DNA of 64,000 bases from Laetmonice hystrix (taxonomy: Eukaryota): positions 37,882,001 to 37,946,000 of the forward strand of contig OZ249438.1 of assembly GCA_965235115.1 (NCBI GenBank), given 5' to 3'. A program made the translations under genes and the position numbers. This document shows positions 25,662 to 39,900 of the stretch, piece after piece; within the stretch, counting starts at the first letter, position 1; every line of letters begins with the position of its first letter. The notes beneath the pieces are model-generated. The model saw only the letters and a program-made list of their open reading frames with translations, did not search any database and was not told the origin of the DNA.

Positions 25662-28600
25662 TCAGGGTTTGGTGTGTCGGTCTTTCTTGGTTATATAACA
25701 CCGTTTCACCATGGTTACAACCAGAAGGAGCAGTGCCTACATGGACCAGATACAAGGCTCATGTCAGTCATAAAATATAAAATTAGAATTATCATCTCGA
25801 ATATACTATTTCCATTGTCTTGGAATGCTCTTAGGGGCCGAAAAATACCCCTCAATTACACCCCCCCCCCCCCCAAATAAGACTGTTTTAAAGGACTTAC
25901 TGCGATCATGCACACAGTACCGATCATGTAGGAAGCCACGGCAAACCCCATTGCGTCCTGCAGAGCGCCCCCTATGAGCGGTCCAAGAAACGCCCTGTCA
26001 GACAAGATGGAATTAAACAACAAACAGCAAAAACGTGTGACTGGGGTCATCGACAATGACATGTTTTATCGGAGTATTACCTAACGCGGACTAGTTCTAG
26101 GACACAATAAACTCAACTCAATATGAATAAAACAAATAGGTTAATTTAACCCGTTTGTTAACATCTCAACATCCTTAAAAAACGTTCTGGGCCAGTTTAT
26201 TTAAAAAAATCTATTTTTGGCTAAATTTAAGGCTTCACGTTTATGTTTTTTTTGTTTGTTTTCTGGTTAAGTTTTTGATTAAACCGGGCTCTGCTCTTAC
26301 CCAGTCGAGAAGAAAGCACTGAACACACCAGCAACGAGGCCGAATGTCTCCAGCGAGTCGGCATACCCTTTATCTCTGTCCCAATGACATTTCATAGCTA
26401 TTAGCAACGTTACATGTCACGCCGAGATATCATGTTAAGGAATATAACTATTGGGTAACGTCACTGATCAGTGGGCTGTCACGGTCATAACTGGCGCATG
26501 TAACAGATCGGGTATAGCCGTGCAGCACATGAAAGGTAGAACGACACGAATTCTTCATGATGAATTAGCAACAATCTTTTATAAACCAGGAGGGGGGGGG
26601 GGGTCGGGCTCCAGGCATGCAAGAGGCAAGGAGTATTCATCTTGTTTCACTCAGAATACGATATAGTAGAAGTAGCCTACTAGTAGGCCTATTGATGGCG
26701 ATATTAGTAACGGTACTATTCACAATAAGATATCATCTAACCTTGCAGCCTGTGTGATCAGCTGGAACGTGACGACAGCTGTGCCGAGACCAATACCCAT
26801 CATGCACTGCGCCAAGATCACCAACCACAGGGCATGACTGGGGAAACAAGCAACATGTGTGATCTGATACAAACTTTCCTATATAGCTTTCTTTGTCAAT
26901 ATTGGCGAGAAATCAACATGTGTGCTCTGATAAACCCTTCTGTAGCTCTCAAACTTACATGGGAATATTCAAAAAGGGGGCCGGGCCGAGAAGCCAGAAC
27001 GACAACCCTCCAATCATGTAGCCTACGACAGGGATGAAGGCCGAGTTCCGAGGCTGAAACGATGTCATTCAGAACAAACCTTTACAAAACTGACTTAATC
27101 AATTTGATTGCTTGGCTAGCTGACAACATGCCGTAGTGGAACGGCCTGGGATGTATGGGAAAGTGGAAAGTTGATTATGACGAACATGAATAGAGACGAA
27201 GTGGATGGAAAGAGAAGAGGAAGGAGTAGATAGATCTATAGGACTATTGTGCGGATGCCCAAATTTTGAAATAACGCATGCATGCTAGCTCACGGTAAGG
27301 TCGGCGACGACCCCCCAAATCGGACTGGTGAGGGCGTAGACACCGGGTCCAACCAGGAAGATGAGGCTTGATACAAAAGTCGACAGACCAAACTGAAACG
27401 GACACAACACTTCGTCAGAGACGAAAACACGGTGCCATCTGGATAACAATGTGCAGCTCATAGACAGAAGATACAGAATCTGTGATTTACAGGAAAGGTA
27501 AAGGTAAAAACTAAAATAGGGACACTAGTTGCCGGCTCCTATGAGATTCGCAATAGTGACGACATTATGATCACGTCAGGAACAAACTCGGTTGTTCTCG
27601 TGTTTTCTCATGTTTTCTCTTGATCCATTTGCGCACCCTAGCGGGACACTATAGTTGCAAGGGACCTTATACTCTATTTGCTCTATTGCATGGCACCAAA
27701 ATTCGACACAGGGGAGATAGCGTTTCCGCTCTTGATAAAGATTTAATTTGTTGTAAGTTAGTCTGTTTAAACCCATTTGGGGAATATTGTTGTATCCAAA
27801 CAGCAATGACATTATAGGAGGTGTGTGTGCCTGTGTCAGGGACCAAACGATGCTGATTAGGCGAAACCCGAGGGGACGCCTCTCTTTTAGAAGATCACGC
27901 TTTGTCTCACCTTGTTAATGAGAACTGGCGAGAGCGTGACATCGACGAAACCGATACATCCGGAGCCGGACATGAGAACGAGGCCAACGACCGGCACCAT
28001 GGGCGTGGCTAGCAGGCTGACGATCGAAGCCGAGGTCTTGGGCGTATCCACTAGGCATGTCAATCACCACCAACGGCTATTAAATCACTCTATAAACACA
28101 GATCTATTCCATGGGCCTATAGTATATATCCTGGCGCAAATGGCCGACACCTTCAGCTTTCCTTTTTATATAGGTCGACTATTATTTCTATAGTACTGTA
28201 TACATCCTATATTTTCCTTTTAGTGCGAAATCTTCACTGCTTCCTTACAAAACTACGTTCCTCTCAAAGTGTGGATGATTTTGTGACGAGTGAAAGTCGG
28301 TTACCTTGTGGATTAGGCACCGTAAAGATGGAGAGTATGCCGACAGCAATCAACACCCCACCGCTGATGGCGAAAGGCGTAACAAATCCCCCAATCTGTC
28401 CAAACATTGGGCGAGTGCATGGGTTGTTTTTGTGAGGAGGGGGGGGGGGATACTTACTGGATACTTTACAAGGATCCAAGGTTAATTTGTTCAATTGACT
28501 GCAAGACATTGATTTACAAACGTACCTGACCAATTAAAGTGGGCCTAAGAATTAATACCAAATGTTTTCAACCCACGACCTACCTGAAAGAGTGCGCCGC

Positions 28601-31196
28601 CAATAGGTGGGCCCAACATCAACCCTAAACCCGTAAATAACTGCAGCGCTCCCTATAACATGATGGCGATTTCATGTACGTGCCCATCATATTTAACGGA
28701 GAATGGTCAATTAAAAATGGTCTATGGGTGACACATCAATTTCTCCCTTAAAGGTGATGAAAAGGTTCAAACTATAAATATAAGGGTGTTCAGCATGAAC
28801 AAGCTTGTTCCTACCTACAATCCTGTGAGGGTCTGATCTTTAATAAAGGAATAATCAACTGAAATGTAGCTAGGCATTCTCCCGCTGGCTTCGTCTGCTT
28901 GTCTGCCCTACTTGTCCATGAATTGTTATGTGGCCGCCAGGCGGAACGAACCACGCAGATTCCCAGCCAGAGTGCCGCTATTCAAGTACCGCCGCGATTC
29001 CACTTTACCAGAAACATGCCCATGATGGCGACAGATTCAGTGACGACTTCAGAGAGGATTGCAAACGATAGCCGCACACAAACTCTGTATTTGTTAACAT
29101 GCCCCAATAAGGATGTGAGGAGAGAGAAAAAAAGGTGTCTGTTGTCAGCGGCAAGAGTACACAGTCAGTACTGCAGTCGTAGTGAGTGAGTGTCCGATGA
29201 AGCCAGTGACCGCGTAACGCGTGTGAAAATAGCGCATGACCCATACGGTATTTTTAAAAGTCGCCTTAGACAGGGTTCCACTTATCGGCGCGACCTTAGA
29301 CACTTCACATGGTGTTACTGGTGTTCAAAGGTACGTTAGTGAGGAACTTTGCCTGCCTCTTTAACTTGCATTTTAAAACGGTTTTACGGAGACCGAAGCC
29401 CCCTTTATTGCCCCTGCCTCAACAGATCAGGTATTGATAGAGGTGAGGTGGAGTTGGCCAGTAGCTATAACTTCATCTCAGAAGGAAACCGTGGAAGTAG
29501 AGAATTCCGGAGGTTCTATTAAAGAAGGAAGGCATCTTACAAACATGGTGGTCACTCTGCCTGGGAAGGTGAAGCCCAGTATGGCGAAGGAAGCCGTTGT
29601 CATGGCACCGGCACCGAGGCCCTCAAAACATCGCAAAGTGACGGCCAGACCGATGAAAGGTCCATTCGGAGGCCCGTAGTTCAGGAACCTGTGGGTACAG
29701 ACAACTGTCACAGGTCAGGAACCTGTGGGTACAGACATACGGTTACAGGTCGGTACAGACATACGGTCACAGGTCATGCAGGGACCTGTGGGGACATACG
29801 GTCACAGGTCAGGAACCTGTGGGTACAGACAACTGTCACCGGTCAGCAACCAGTGGGTACAGACATACTGTCACAGGTCAGGAACCCCCCCCCCCCCCCT
29901 CAGATTTATAATATATCCAACACTATTAGTGCACTGAGAACGTTTGGGGACGGCCACCCCGGCCGTAGGGAGTGGTAATGGATTGAGGTGACCGCTGTAC
30001 GAAGACCCAAAGAGACTGCACCAGACGCCATCATACAGTGTCAGTGATAATGGATGGAGGTCAGTGTTTTACCTACCCAAAGAGAACGCAACAGAAGCCA
30101 CACACCATCATACCGCTGACAAACATGAACTTCGCTCCAATCGTTGTCAACTGAAATGCATGCAATTATATGACTTTATAACCTGCATCACATGGCCATG
30201 GTATGTTTCTTGTTCTTTGATGCACTTAAAAACAGAAACCGGGAACAGGCTGCTAATTAGGACAAAACAACTGAATATTGAGAAAAACACACCAAGAACA
30301 GGAAGCGCCCTTACGGGTGATTTTAAAAAGGTAAATTCTACTCTGGCACTCACAAAGCTGCCGGCGATGGGTGACACAACGACAAAGACAAGCTCATAGA
30401 TTCCGTAGATGAGGCCTGTCATCATGGCGCTGGATCCCATCTTGGTGGCCTGGGAAAACCCATCAAAATCGACAATAACAGGGACCAGTTTATCAAATAT
30501 TCTCAACTTGTGTAAAGCTTATACTAACAGGCTTCTGATTGGCTGGTCTGCTTAGGCCAAGCAATCAGAAGGTTGTTAGTTTACTTAAGCAAGCTTTACA
30601 CAAGTTGAGAATTTTTGAAAAACTGGGCCCAGTTGTTGGTTTGAGTATAGGTAGGCCTTACGTCTTTCTGCTGATACCGTACATTTATGAAAATCTCATA
30701 TAGCCTAGTGCAAAAAGCACCTGTGAGGGGCACTAGGCACCGTCTTGACCTTAAATACCGTAAAAACACCCACTCCTTGCTTTTTAGGAGGTCCGATCGA
30801 TATAAGTCTGCAGAAAACGAGTAGGTTAGGTGGTAGTTATTTTTCTCTTCATTTGCCCAACCAATTTACGCCCCTATGGTGACAGTGTCCCTTAGTTCCT
30901 GTGGAGTCACGGTACATTTTGATTGTACAATAAATAATTATAACACTCAATAAAAAGACTGCGTGGACTCTCACCTCATTCGGAAAGAAGGGCCCTAGCA
31001 GGGCGTAAAACGTCCCGACACAAAAGTTGGCGATGCAGAAGGACACGACTAGCAACCGTTCCTGGCGTGTTATTGCGGCCGGACGCGCCGGGTCACCCAT
31101 CACAGAGGTCACTTCCGGTTCGCCGTTTACAGACCCATAGTCCTTAGGATTCTTTGGAATCAATGTATTCCCATCTCCGTCCGTCTTCTGGTCCAT
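25662..31196 (-). CDS. SLC18B1: MFS-type transporter SLC18B1-like (vesicular polyamine transporter family), paralogue B; 13 exons, 457 aa
   Basis: Minus-strand exons 31196-30975, 30449-30354, 30150-30077, 29688-29541, 28652-28584, 28395-28305, 28050-27911, 27392-27294, 27053-26959, 26837-26742, 26375-26301, 25994-25901, 25736-25662. All GT-AG and phase-consistent. Motifs YALLGPFFPNEA, GLIYGIYEL, GAKFMFVSG, RCFEGLGAGAMTTASF, LFTGLGLMLGPPIGGALFQIGGFVTPF, ETFGLVAGVFSAFFSTGAFLGP are typical of SLC18B1. Confidence 0.92.
28775..29350. mobile_element. Dispersed repeat, longer inverted copy of the 18.7-19.0-kb element, in intron 4 of SLC18B1-B
   Basis: Both ends match 18695-19010 in reverse complement; ~300 bp of the interior is absent from or unalignable with the other copy. 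Confidence 0.75.
29680..29886. repeat. ~34-bp tandem repeat derived from the exon-4 splice acceptor of SLC18B1-B
   Basis: Repeats of CAGGTCAGGAACCTGTGGGTACAGAC, which on the minus strand read TGTACCCACAG|GTTCCTGA, the same as the true acceptor at 29689-29690. Confidence 0.8.
30482..30629. mobile_element. PIF/Harbinger-type MITE
   Basis: ~39-bp TIR GGACCAGTTTATCAAATATTCTCAACTTGTGTAAAGCTT / AAGCTTTACACAAGTTGAGAATTTTTGAAAAACTGGGCC, flanked by a 3-bp CAG direct repeat (30479-81, 30630-32). Confidence 0.75.
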
Positions 31197-32227
31197 TCTC
31201 AACAGTTTCTTTGATTGATTGTTAGGTCGAGGGTTTCTCTTCGCTGAGGTGTGCGTCGGTCTCCCTGCTTTGGTGTTTATCGAGATAGGTCATTGGTGAT
31301 GAAAGAATAGTGCCGCACTAGATGAGCGGACGTATTTCATTACGTTACGTAAACCCCGTTACCACCTCCTTACCTGCCTACCCATGCCCCCCCAGCACCC
31401 GCCCCCACCCCCACACACACTAACTGCCAAACATTCATTAATAATTCCACGTTCAGGAATCTCTATCATCAAATGGAAAGAATGAAGAGTTTTCTCTAGA
31501 CTCTTTCTACCATCCCTAAACATAGGAACAGTGGTCAGCCTACTCGAACCTCAATTTATTCCCGTGGCACCAGTACTAGTAGGCCTACGAGAGCAAAAAC
31601 CGGCACTTTTTACCGACTTCAGTTTCATGTAAATAATAGCAGAAACGGATCAATTAGTACTATCGAATATAGTCAATCTGTACATACCGTGAGGGGATAG
31701 TAAACCTGAGCAGGTCGTAAAACCATGAGCTCACAACTTGATGTCTCCCAGACCGTCTCCGAAACACAGACTGTCAGGTCTGGTGTTATCAGACCATGGG
31801 TTCAAGCAGGACTCACCAACTGACCGCTCTCAGATAGTACTGACCGTTCGCTCGCACAACGTCCCAGACACTGCCCGTGTGCAGCGGACCGGGGCCGGTA
31901 GAACTCTCTACTCCTCGAGTTGTCTCATCTCGGGGGTGTCCATCAGAGTGAGTAGGTCAGCACCGTTGAGTGAGTGAATGAATGAGTGAGTGACCTAGCG
32001 GGTTTATGTCAGCTGGCCGCGCTCATACTGCGAATGCATCCTTGAAACATTATCCATGTACAGATCGTGGGACCCAACTAAATCCCTCATAGGGAAATAA
32101 TGATAATGATGATGACGCTGGTGGCGTAAGAAAGCAGAGGCCTGTTACACGCCCTTCGCTTCTTATGGTCATGGCATGCTTGGATTACACGCAGTTGAAA
32201 AGATAAATACTCAGGGACAGTTATTAG

Positions 32228-32570
32228 GAGAGGACAGGTGTGTGCATACAACATGCATGCCTGATTGAGAGAGGACAGGTGTGTGCATACAACATGCCTG
32301 ATTGAGAGAGGACAGGTGTGTGCATACAGCATGCCTGATTGAGAGAGGACAGGTGTGTGCATACAGCATGCCTGATTGAGAGAGGACAGGTGTGTGCATA
32401 CAGCATGCCTGATTGAGAGAGGACAGGTGTGTGCATACAGCATGCCTGATTGAGAGAGGACAGGTGTACCTGATTGAGAGAGGACAGGTGTGTGCATACA
32501 GCATGCCTGATTGAGAGACGACAGGTGTGTGCATACAGCATGCCTGATTGAGAGAAGACAGGTGTGTGTA
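32228..32570. repeat. 37-bp minisatellite, ~9 copies
   Basis: Unit GATTGAGAGAGGACAGGTGTGTGCATACAGCATGCCT. Confidence 0.92.
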
Positions 32571-33183
32571 TCAGGGGTTGTGTATCGACATAAAAAGAAA
32601 AGGAAACCCCACTCAGGGTGTAGGCTTTCAACCAGATGGGATTCTCTAAAAACATTGATATCTTCTATTAGGCGTCAGGTTCAGTATGTGCACTTATAAT
32701 GAGACCGCAGTCATGGTTCGATGTAGGCTACCGTCACCATCATCATGATCGCCATCACTTAACGCCCACGATGATCGCCCTGGCACTTAACGCCAAGTAT
32801 TGCCTCATATTAAAATCCCATAAATCATTGTGAGTGTTACTTTCGCCGTCCTTACTAAGCGACTGTCGACGAGATGGGCTCCGTGACAGGATATCGTGAG
32901 ACAACCGCTACTATCGCCAGGGGCGGGCGAGCGAGCGAGCGGCGCGAATTGTACCGCGAGCGATAAACTCAATCTACCTGTCTCGACCACTGAATGCAGG
33001 TATTCGGTTACGGCGATGTCGGCCTACAACGTTTGGTAATAATAACACCTTTATTTGGGAATAACCGAATTCTGTGAGGCACAGATCTATCTGTTTTGTC
33101 ATGTGTGTTCTCATGGAATATTTGACCACAATCAGCTCTAGAACAACTATACGGAGGATCTTGTCATAAGTTTTCATGTAATA

Positions 33184-33521
33184 CAGTGGGGATCCAGGAT
33201 TTTGATAAGGGAGCCCACCTAAATAAAAATAAAATTTAGCCTCGCTACGCTCGGCATGATTTTATTGTGATTATGGCCATTTTGGGCCCCTTTTGGTCTC
33301 TTTCAATGCTGCATGGCCCAGAGTTATATGTTGCTCCTGGATAACTGAGGAGGCCCTCCTGGGCCCGATGTTACTATCACGTACAATATAGGAGGCTTTT
33401 TTAAAAAGAATTTTGTTTGAATCCTGGTTGAGGGTCTGAATAATGCATCTTCTTAAAAAAGGTGGGAAAGGAAAATTTAAGGGGGGGCCCGGGCCCCTTT
33501 GGCCCCATGGATCCCCCAGTG
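33184..33521. mobile_element. CAGTGG-terminal MITE (hAT-like family)
   Basis: CAGTGGGGATCC ... GGATCCCCCAGTG imperfect TIR. Related GGATCCAGGATTTTGATAAGGG and CAGTGGCCGATCCAGGG ends occur at ~23235, ~40368 and ~60620. Confidence 0.55.
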
Positions 33522-33932
33522 CAATGTTGTATGTGGAAACCATTCCTGTGGAAGGCAAAGCCGGGCACAGTCGATGGTAGCAATAAATCACAACAAATCA
33601 CAGCCTACACGTTCAATACCCGGCAGTCATCGTCTCTGTGTGACATAATCACACTTCCATAACATCGAAAATACAAACACCGACTACAAACATGATCTAT
33701 TTTATATCCCGCTGTGTCGACTGTGTTGGATAATTCTACTTTGAAAATAATATTATGTGTCTGTGCTCTCGTGAATTCAGCGCGATGCTGCCGTAAAAGT
33801 TAAGCAGTCTTAACTTTATATTATTCTTCTGTGGAACACAGCAGTTCAAGGGATTAGACATCGCTAGAATAAATACTGATTTCATTACATTAGCATGTTG
33901 TTGGTAGCACCGACAATTTGTTAGAGCCTCGT

Positions 33933-36900
33933 TTAGTTGTCCGCCAGGAGGCGTTCGCGTTCCTCACTGTCGTCTGGTGGCGTGTACGGTTTGTCAGACG
34001 CCGGGAGACAGCAACGCGTCACGAGAACCCAGGATAACATGAGGACAGCCTAGAGGACACAAATCAACGCTCAAGGTTACACGAGTAAATGATACACGCA
34101 TACACCTGTTTCAAATGTATGTCCATCTCGGCATTGTAACCTGCTCCATTCATATTAAAATATCTCTAGGAAGTCATTCTAGGGTTGGCCTATAATTCAC
34201 AGTTCATTAAAGTGATCCATATCTATATAGAAAACCAGTTTGTGGCTGGGTAAAGAAGAAGAAGAAGAAGAAGAAGAAGAAGAAGAAGAAGAAGAAGAAG
34301 AAGAAGAAGACGACAAAGAAGAATACGAAGAAGAAGAAGAAGAATACGAAGAAGAATACGAAGAAGAAGAAGAAGAAGAAGAAGAAGAAGAAGAAGAAGA
34401 AGAAGAAGAAGAAGAAGGACAGAGAGACAGACAGACAGATAGAGAAAGAGAACACATTGTAGCTACTAACCGATCCCATGGTGACGGCTCCGACGACCGT
34501 GGAGGCGTTGGCGAACCCGATCCCGTCCTGGAGGGCACCGCCCGCCACCGGCCCCACGAACGCCCTGACACACAGACAGACACGTCATGCAAACATGGGC
34601 ACGCACACATCTACCAGGCACAAAAACCTTGGAAGTCTCTTCGTAAATCATCGCCCAAACTAATTCTGAATTAGGCCTAGAGTGAGTTCAAACTCCCCCA
34701 CAAAATTTCGTGAAACTCCTATCCCCATTTCAGAATTTGTTTATGCCACTGTATTTAGGAATAACTTTTTATCATGCTGCATGGCTGCCGATGGAAATCA
34801 CTCGTATAAATTGTAGGTAGCGAGATTAAACTAGACCTAAAACAAGAGACTTACCCTAGAGAGAAACAACTGCTGAACACCCCAGACACCAAGCCGTAAG
34901 TCCCGAGTGTCTCTGGATAACCCTTGTTCCTGCCATCACCAACATCAAAGTCATTCTTTTAGACGACTAGATGTTTTAGACGAACGTTGAGTCATCTAAA
35001 CGTTTTAGACGACTTGACGTTTTAGACGACTGGACGTTTTAGACGTCTAGACGTTTTAGAGTGTAGACGTTTTAGACTTCTAGACGTTTTTAGACGTCTA
35101 GACGGAGACTACTAGACGTTTTAGAGTCTAAAAGTTTTAGAGTAGACGACTAGACGTTTTACTTTTAGACGTCTAGACGTTTTTAGACATCTATATATAG
35201 ACGGAGACGTCTAGACGTTTTAGACGTCTAGACGTTTTAGACGTCTAGACGTTTTAGACGTCTAGACGTTTTAGACGTCTAGACGTTTTAGACGACAAGA
35301 CGTTTTAGACGACAAGACGTTTTTGACGACTCAACGTTTTAAAGTGTAAACGTTTCACACGACTGGATGTACAGACGACTAGATCTCGACGTTTTAGAAG
35401 AAGGACTAGACGTTTGAGACGATTAGGCCTATATTTAGTGTAGAGGACGCCGCGGGCGAGTAGGGGTTTAGTATTATCATTATTGCCTAGTTATTGCATG
35501 TGAAGCCAGCCCGGTTCGTGATGCTATTATCCGGCCGTCCCCCAGGACAACATAGGCTACTCGCACATTTGTTATCTTATAAAGACACAATCTCCGACAT
35601 CCCATCTCCATGGCTGCCAATCACTAACGTATAATATACGTAGAATATACAGAATATACGTAGAATATACATGTCCCTCTCAATATATTGCGAGGGACAT
35701 TCGAAGGTGTATTACCGAAAACGACCTGGTGTTACCATGGAAACGACCCTGTGTTTACCTGGCCGCGTCCGTGATCAGCTGGAAGGTGACGACGAGCGTC
35801 CCAAGACCAATACCCATAAGTCCTTGCGCCACGATTACCATCCACAGTTCAAAGCTGAAGTGTAATGCCGTTGTTTTAACAACAAATTACTCTTGGCAGT
35901 CCCACCCAGCGTCCAACATCCCACCAGGCTTAACGGACCGTGCGGCTGCTCGATAGAGAGATCGGCGACACTAGAGCAGGAACTAACACCCCTTATTCCT
36001 GGAGCTTGTATCCACATAGCTGAGACCGTCAGGCAATGTAAATCAAGGACGGAAATGTCTTTATTGTTTATACAAACGCAAAGTGTCCATATCTTTTTAG
36101 ATGTTTTGTTTCAATTATATTTTACCTATTTGATTCACATTGGCATTTAGCACGGTAACCCAGCAGTAACCCAGCTCAGTGCTACAATACCCATCAGTGC
36201 CGCGGGGTCATGCCCGGTAGGACCATGCACCCTGTATCCAATTATGTCGGCTTTGTCCAGCCATTAAATTCGTATGAATTATTAAAAGGAAACGTCAACA
36301 GACCTTGGGAAATGCAGGAACGTGGCTGGGCCGAGGATCCAGAAGGAAAATCCTCCGATCAGACTGCCCACGACCAACATGTAGACTGAGGTTCGAGGCT
36401 GTTGGCGAATAAAACATTTGACACAAACTCGGGTCCTCAGATAGAACATTTGACACAATCTCGGGTCCTCAGATAGAATATTTGACACAAACTCGGGTCC
36501 TCAAATAGAACATTTGACACAAACTCGGGTCCTCGGATAGAACATTTGACACAAACTTGGGTCCTCAGATAGAACATTAAATTTTGACACAAACTCGTGT
36601 CCTCAGATAGAACATTTGACACATACTCAGTTCTGACTGCTTGAAGGAGACAATTTTATGTTTCTTAATAAGCTAGTTTTCAGAACCCCCCCCCCCCCCC
36701 ATATGAGTTAGCTGACTGACCGTTTTGTCGGCGACGTACCCCCAGATCGGGGTGGTGAGGGCGTACATACCCGGCCCGACAAGGAACACCAGCCCCGTAA
36801 TAAGTGGACTCAGGTGGAACTGGGTCAAACAAAGGGAGAACTGGGTCATTCAAAGGGGGGACTGGGTCAAAAAAAGCTAGAACTGGACCAAAAGTCGGTC

Positions 36901-39900
36901 TGTGTAGTACAGGCGTTGTCAAAATAGAGCTCTCTGACAGAACAATGTGACTTGGAGGTTAGCCTGTGCTCCTCCCTCAGTACGGCTATAGCCGATATAT
37001 CGCCGGTAGAGATCGCCGGTAGAGATCGAGACTCACGACATTGAGAAGTATAGGGGAGAGGCCGATGTCGACGAAGCCGATACAGCCGGCCCCACACACT
37101 AGAAGGAGTCCCGCCAAGAGGACGACGGGAGTACAGAGTAACGCCACCACTGTACCCGACGTCCGTTCCACCGTCTCTAAAGTCACAACACACAGTATCC
37201 TCTAAAGTTACTAAACGTCACTTTGTATACTACTTGAATTTCTTTAATCTATATCTTTAATCTAATTTTGTAAACCTATGCAGCAGTGGAGCGTAAGTCT
37301 CGCGACCGAAAACGAGGTTCGGTCTAACTAGGTCAGACCGCTGGCGACATGCAACTTCCGTTACGTCACAATTCTCCACTGGTTTAACATAGGGCGAGCG
37401 TACACCTCTCCAAACATCGGCCTTTCTTTTGACAATTAAATATTTCTTAAGTATGAAGTGTATTTTTTCTAACATAAGAGATGTTGGTTCTGATGTATAG
37501 TAAGTTTGATAACAAAGAGAACAGTAATTTTGGAGTTATCAGTTAGAACGTTTTTTCAATGGGCCTCCCAATGCTAAATGAACGGAACCGGAATTTGGCT
37601 GGCGCCAGTTTGGGCCTCCAAACCGCATTTCTCGTCGATTCACGCATTGTGACGTGACATACTTACGCCCTATATAGACTACAATGTGTATTCTCGCTAA
37701 GAACGGATTGCTTCCGTCCCATGCTTACCTTTGGGCGAGGGAAGTGTAAAAACGGTAATGACCCCTAGAATGATCAGCACCGCTCCACTGACGACGAACG
37801 GGAGTCGAAACCCACCTAACTGTATCAACCAATCAGAGCACACGTTAACCCCGACAACTGTATCAACCAAACACAACACACGTTAACCCCTACAACTGTA
37901 TCAACCAATCACAACACACGTTAACCCCTACAACTGTATCAACCAATCACAACACACGTTAACCCCTACAACTGTATCAACCAATCACAACACACGTTAA
38001 CCCCTACAACTGTATCAACCAATCACAACACACGTTAACCCCTACAACTGTATCAACCAATCACAACACACGTTAACCCCTACAACTGTATCAACCAATC
38101 ACAACACACGTTAACCCCTACAACTGTATCAACCAATCACAACACACGTTAACCCCTACAACTGTATCAACCAATCACAACACACGTTAACCCCTACAAC
38201 TGTATCAACCAATCAGAGCACACGTTAACCCCTACAACTGTATCAACCACTCAGAGCACACGTTAACCCTTACAACTGTATCAACCAATCAGAGCACACG
38301 TTAACCCCTACAACTGTATCAACCACTCAGAGCACACGTTAACCCCTACAACTGTATCAACCAATCACAACACACGTTAACCCCTACAACTGTATCAACC
38401 AATCACAACACACGTTAACCCCTACAACTGTATCAACCAATCACAACACACGTTAACCCCTACAACTGTATCAACCAATCAGAGTACACGTTAACCCCTA
38501 CAACTGTATCAACCAATCACAACACACGTTAACCCCTACAACTGTATCAACCAATCAGAGCACACGTTAACCCCTACAACTGTATCAACCAATCAGAGCA
38601 CACGTTAACCCCTACAACTGTATCAACCAATCACAACACACGTTAACCCCTACAACTGTATCAACCAATCACAACACACGTTAACCCCTACAACTGTATC
38701 ATCCAATCACAACACACGTTAACCCCTACAACTGTATCAACCAATCACAACACACGTTAACCCCTACAACTGTATCAACCAATCAGAGCACACGTTAACC
38801 CTTACAACTGCATCAACCAATCAGAGCACACGTTAACCCCTACAACTGTATCAACCAATCACAACACACGTTAACCCCTACAACTGTATCAACCAATCAC
38901 AACACACGTTAACCCCTACAACTGTATCAACCAATCACAACACACGTTAACCCCTACAACTGTATCAACCAATCACAACACACGTTAACCCCTACAACTG
39001 TATCAACCAATCACAACACACGTTAACCCCTACAACTGTATCAACCAATCAGAGCACACGTTAACCCCTACAACTGTATCAACCAATCACAACACACGTT
39101 AACCCCTACAACTGTATCAACCAATCACAACACACGTTAACCCCCACAACTGTATCAACCAATCACAACACACGTTAACCCCTACAACTGTATCAACCAA
39201 TCAGAGCACACGTTAACCCCTACAACTGTATCAACCAATCACAACACACGTTAACCCCCACAAAGTAATTTGTTTAGACACCAGTGAGCAAATGTCTGAA
39301 AACATAATCATGTTCCTAATCCCATAATCCATATTTGAGTGCATCCCTGCAAGGATGATTTCATAAAGATTCTTATAACCCGGATGGGAAATGACCTACC
39401 TGGAATAATGCGCCCCCTATTGGAGGCCCGACCATGAGGCCTAGCCCGGTAAACAATTCGAGGGTCCCCTGTAACAGGACAGGAGGAGCTGGTCAATTCT
39501 ACCAATTCATGTAAGATTACATTTATTTAATCCATACTTATTTCAGGTTGATAGTCTTCGTGTTGATGTCCACCGTCTATGTGTAGCGTCACGTACGATA
39601 CAAAACGAGGTGGCCCATCATGCCATATCAGGACCGACATAACCCAGAAAACACATCAATGCGTGGCATGTGTCAATCATGGACTCCGGCCCATAGCAGC
39701 AGCAGCCCGTCCCCAACACCACCACAACCGTTAATATTCTTACCAGAAATTGCCCCTGGGGTCTTCAGTGAATAGATGAGTATCCCCTTTTTATAATGTT
39801 AGAGCTGAATGTTCTATTTACATTGAATAAAATCGTCACTGTTAATCCCTAACCAGGCCCAACCACAAATTTCAAACGCTGGATCTGCCTGATTCTGTGG

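Noticed and set aside
34197-34674. Poly-E, poly-S and poly-F ORFs
   Set aside because: Translations of an intronic (GAA)n microsatellite; only the 34471-34564 exon is real.
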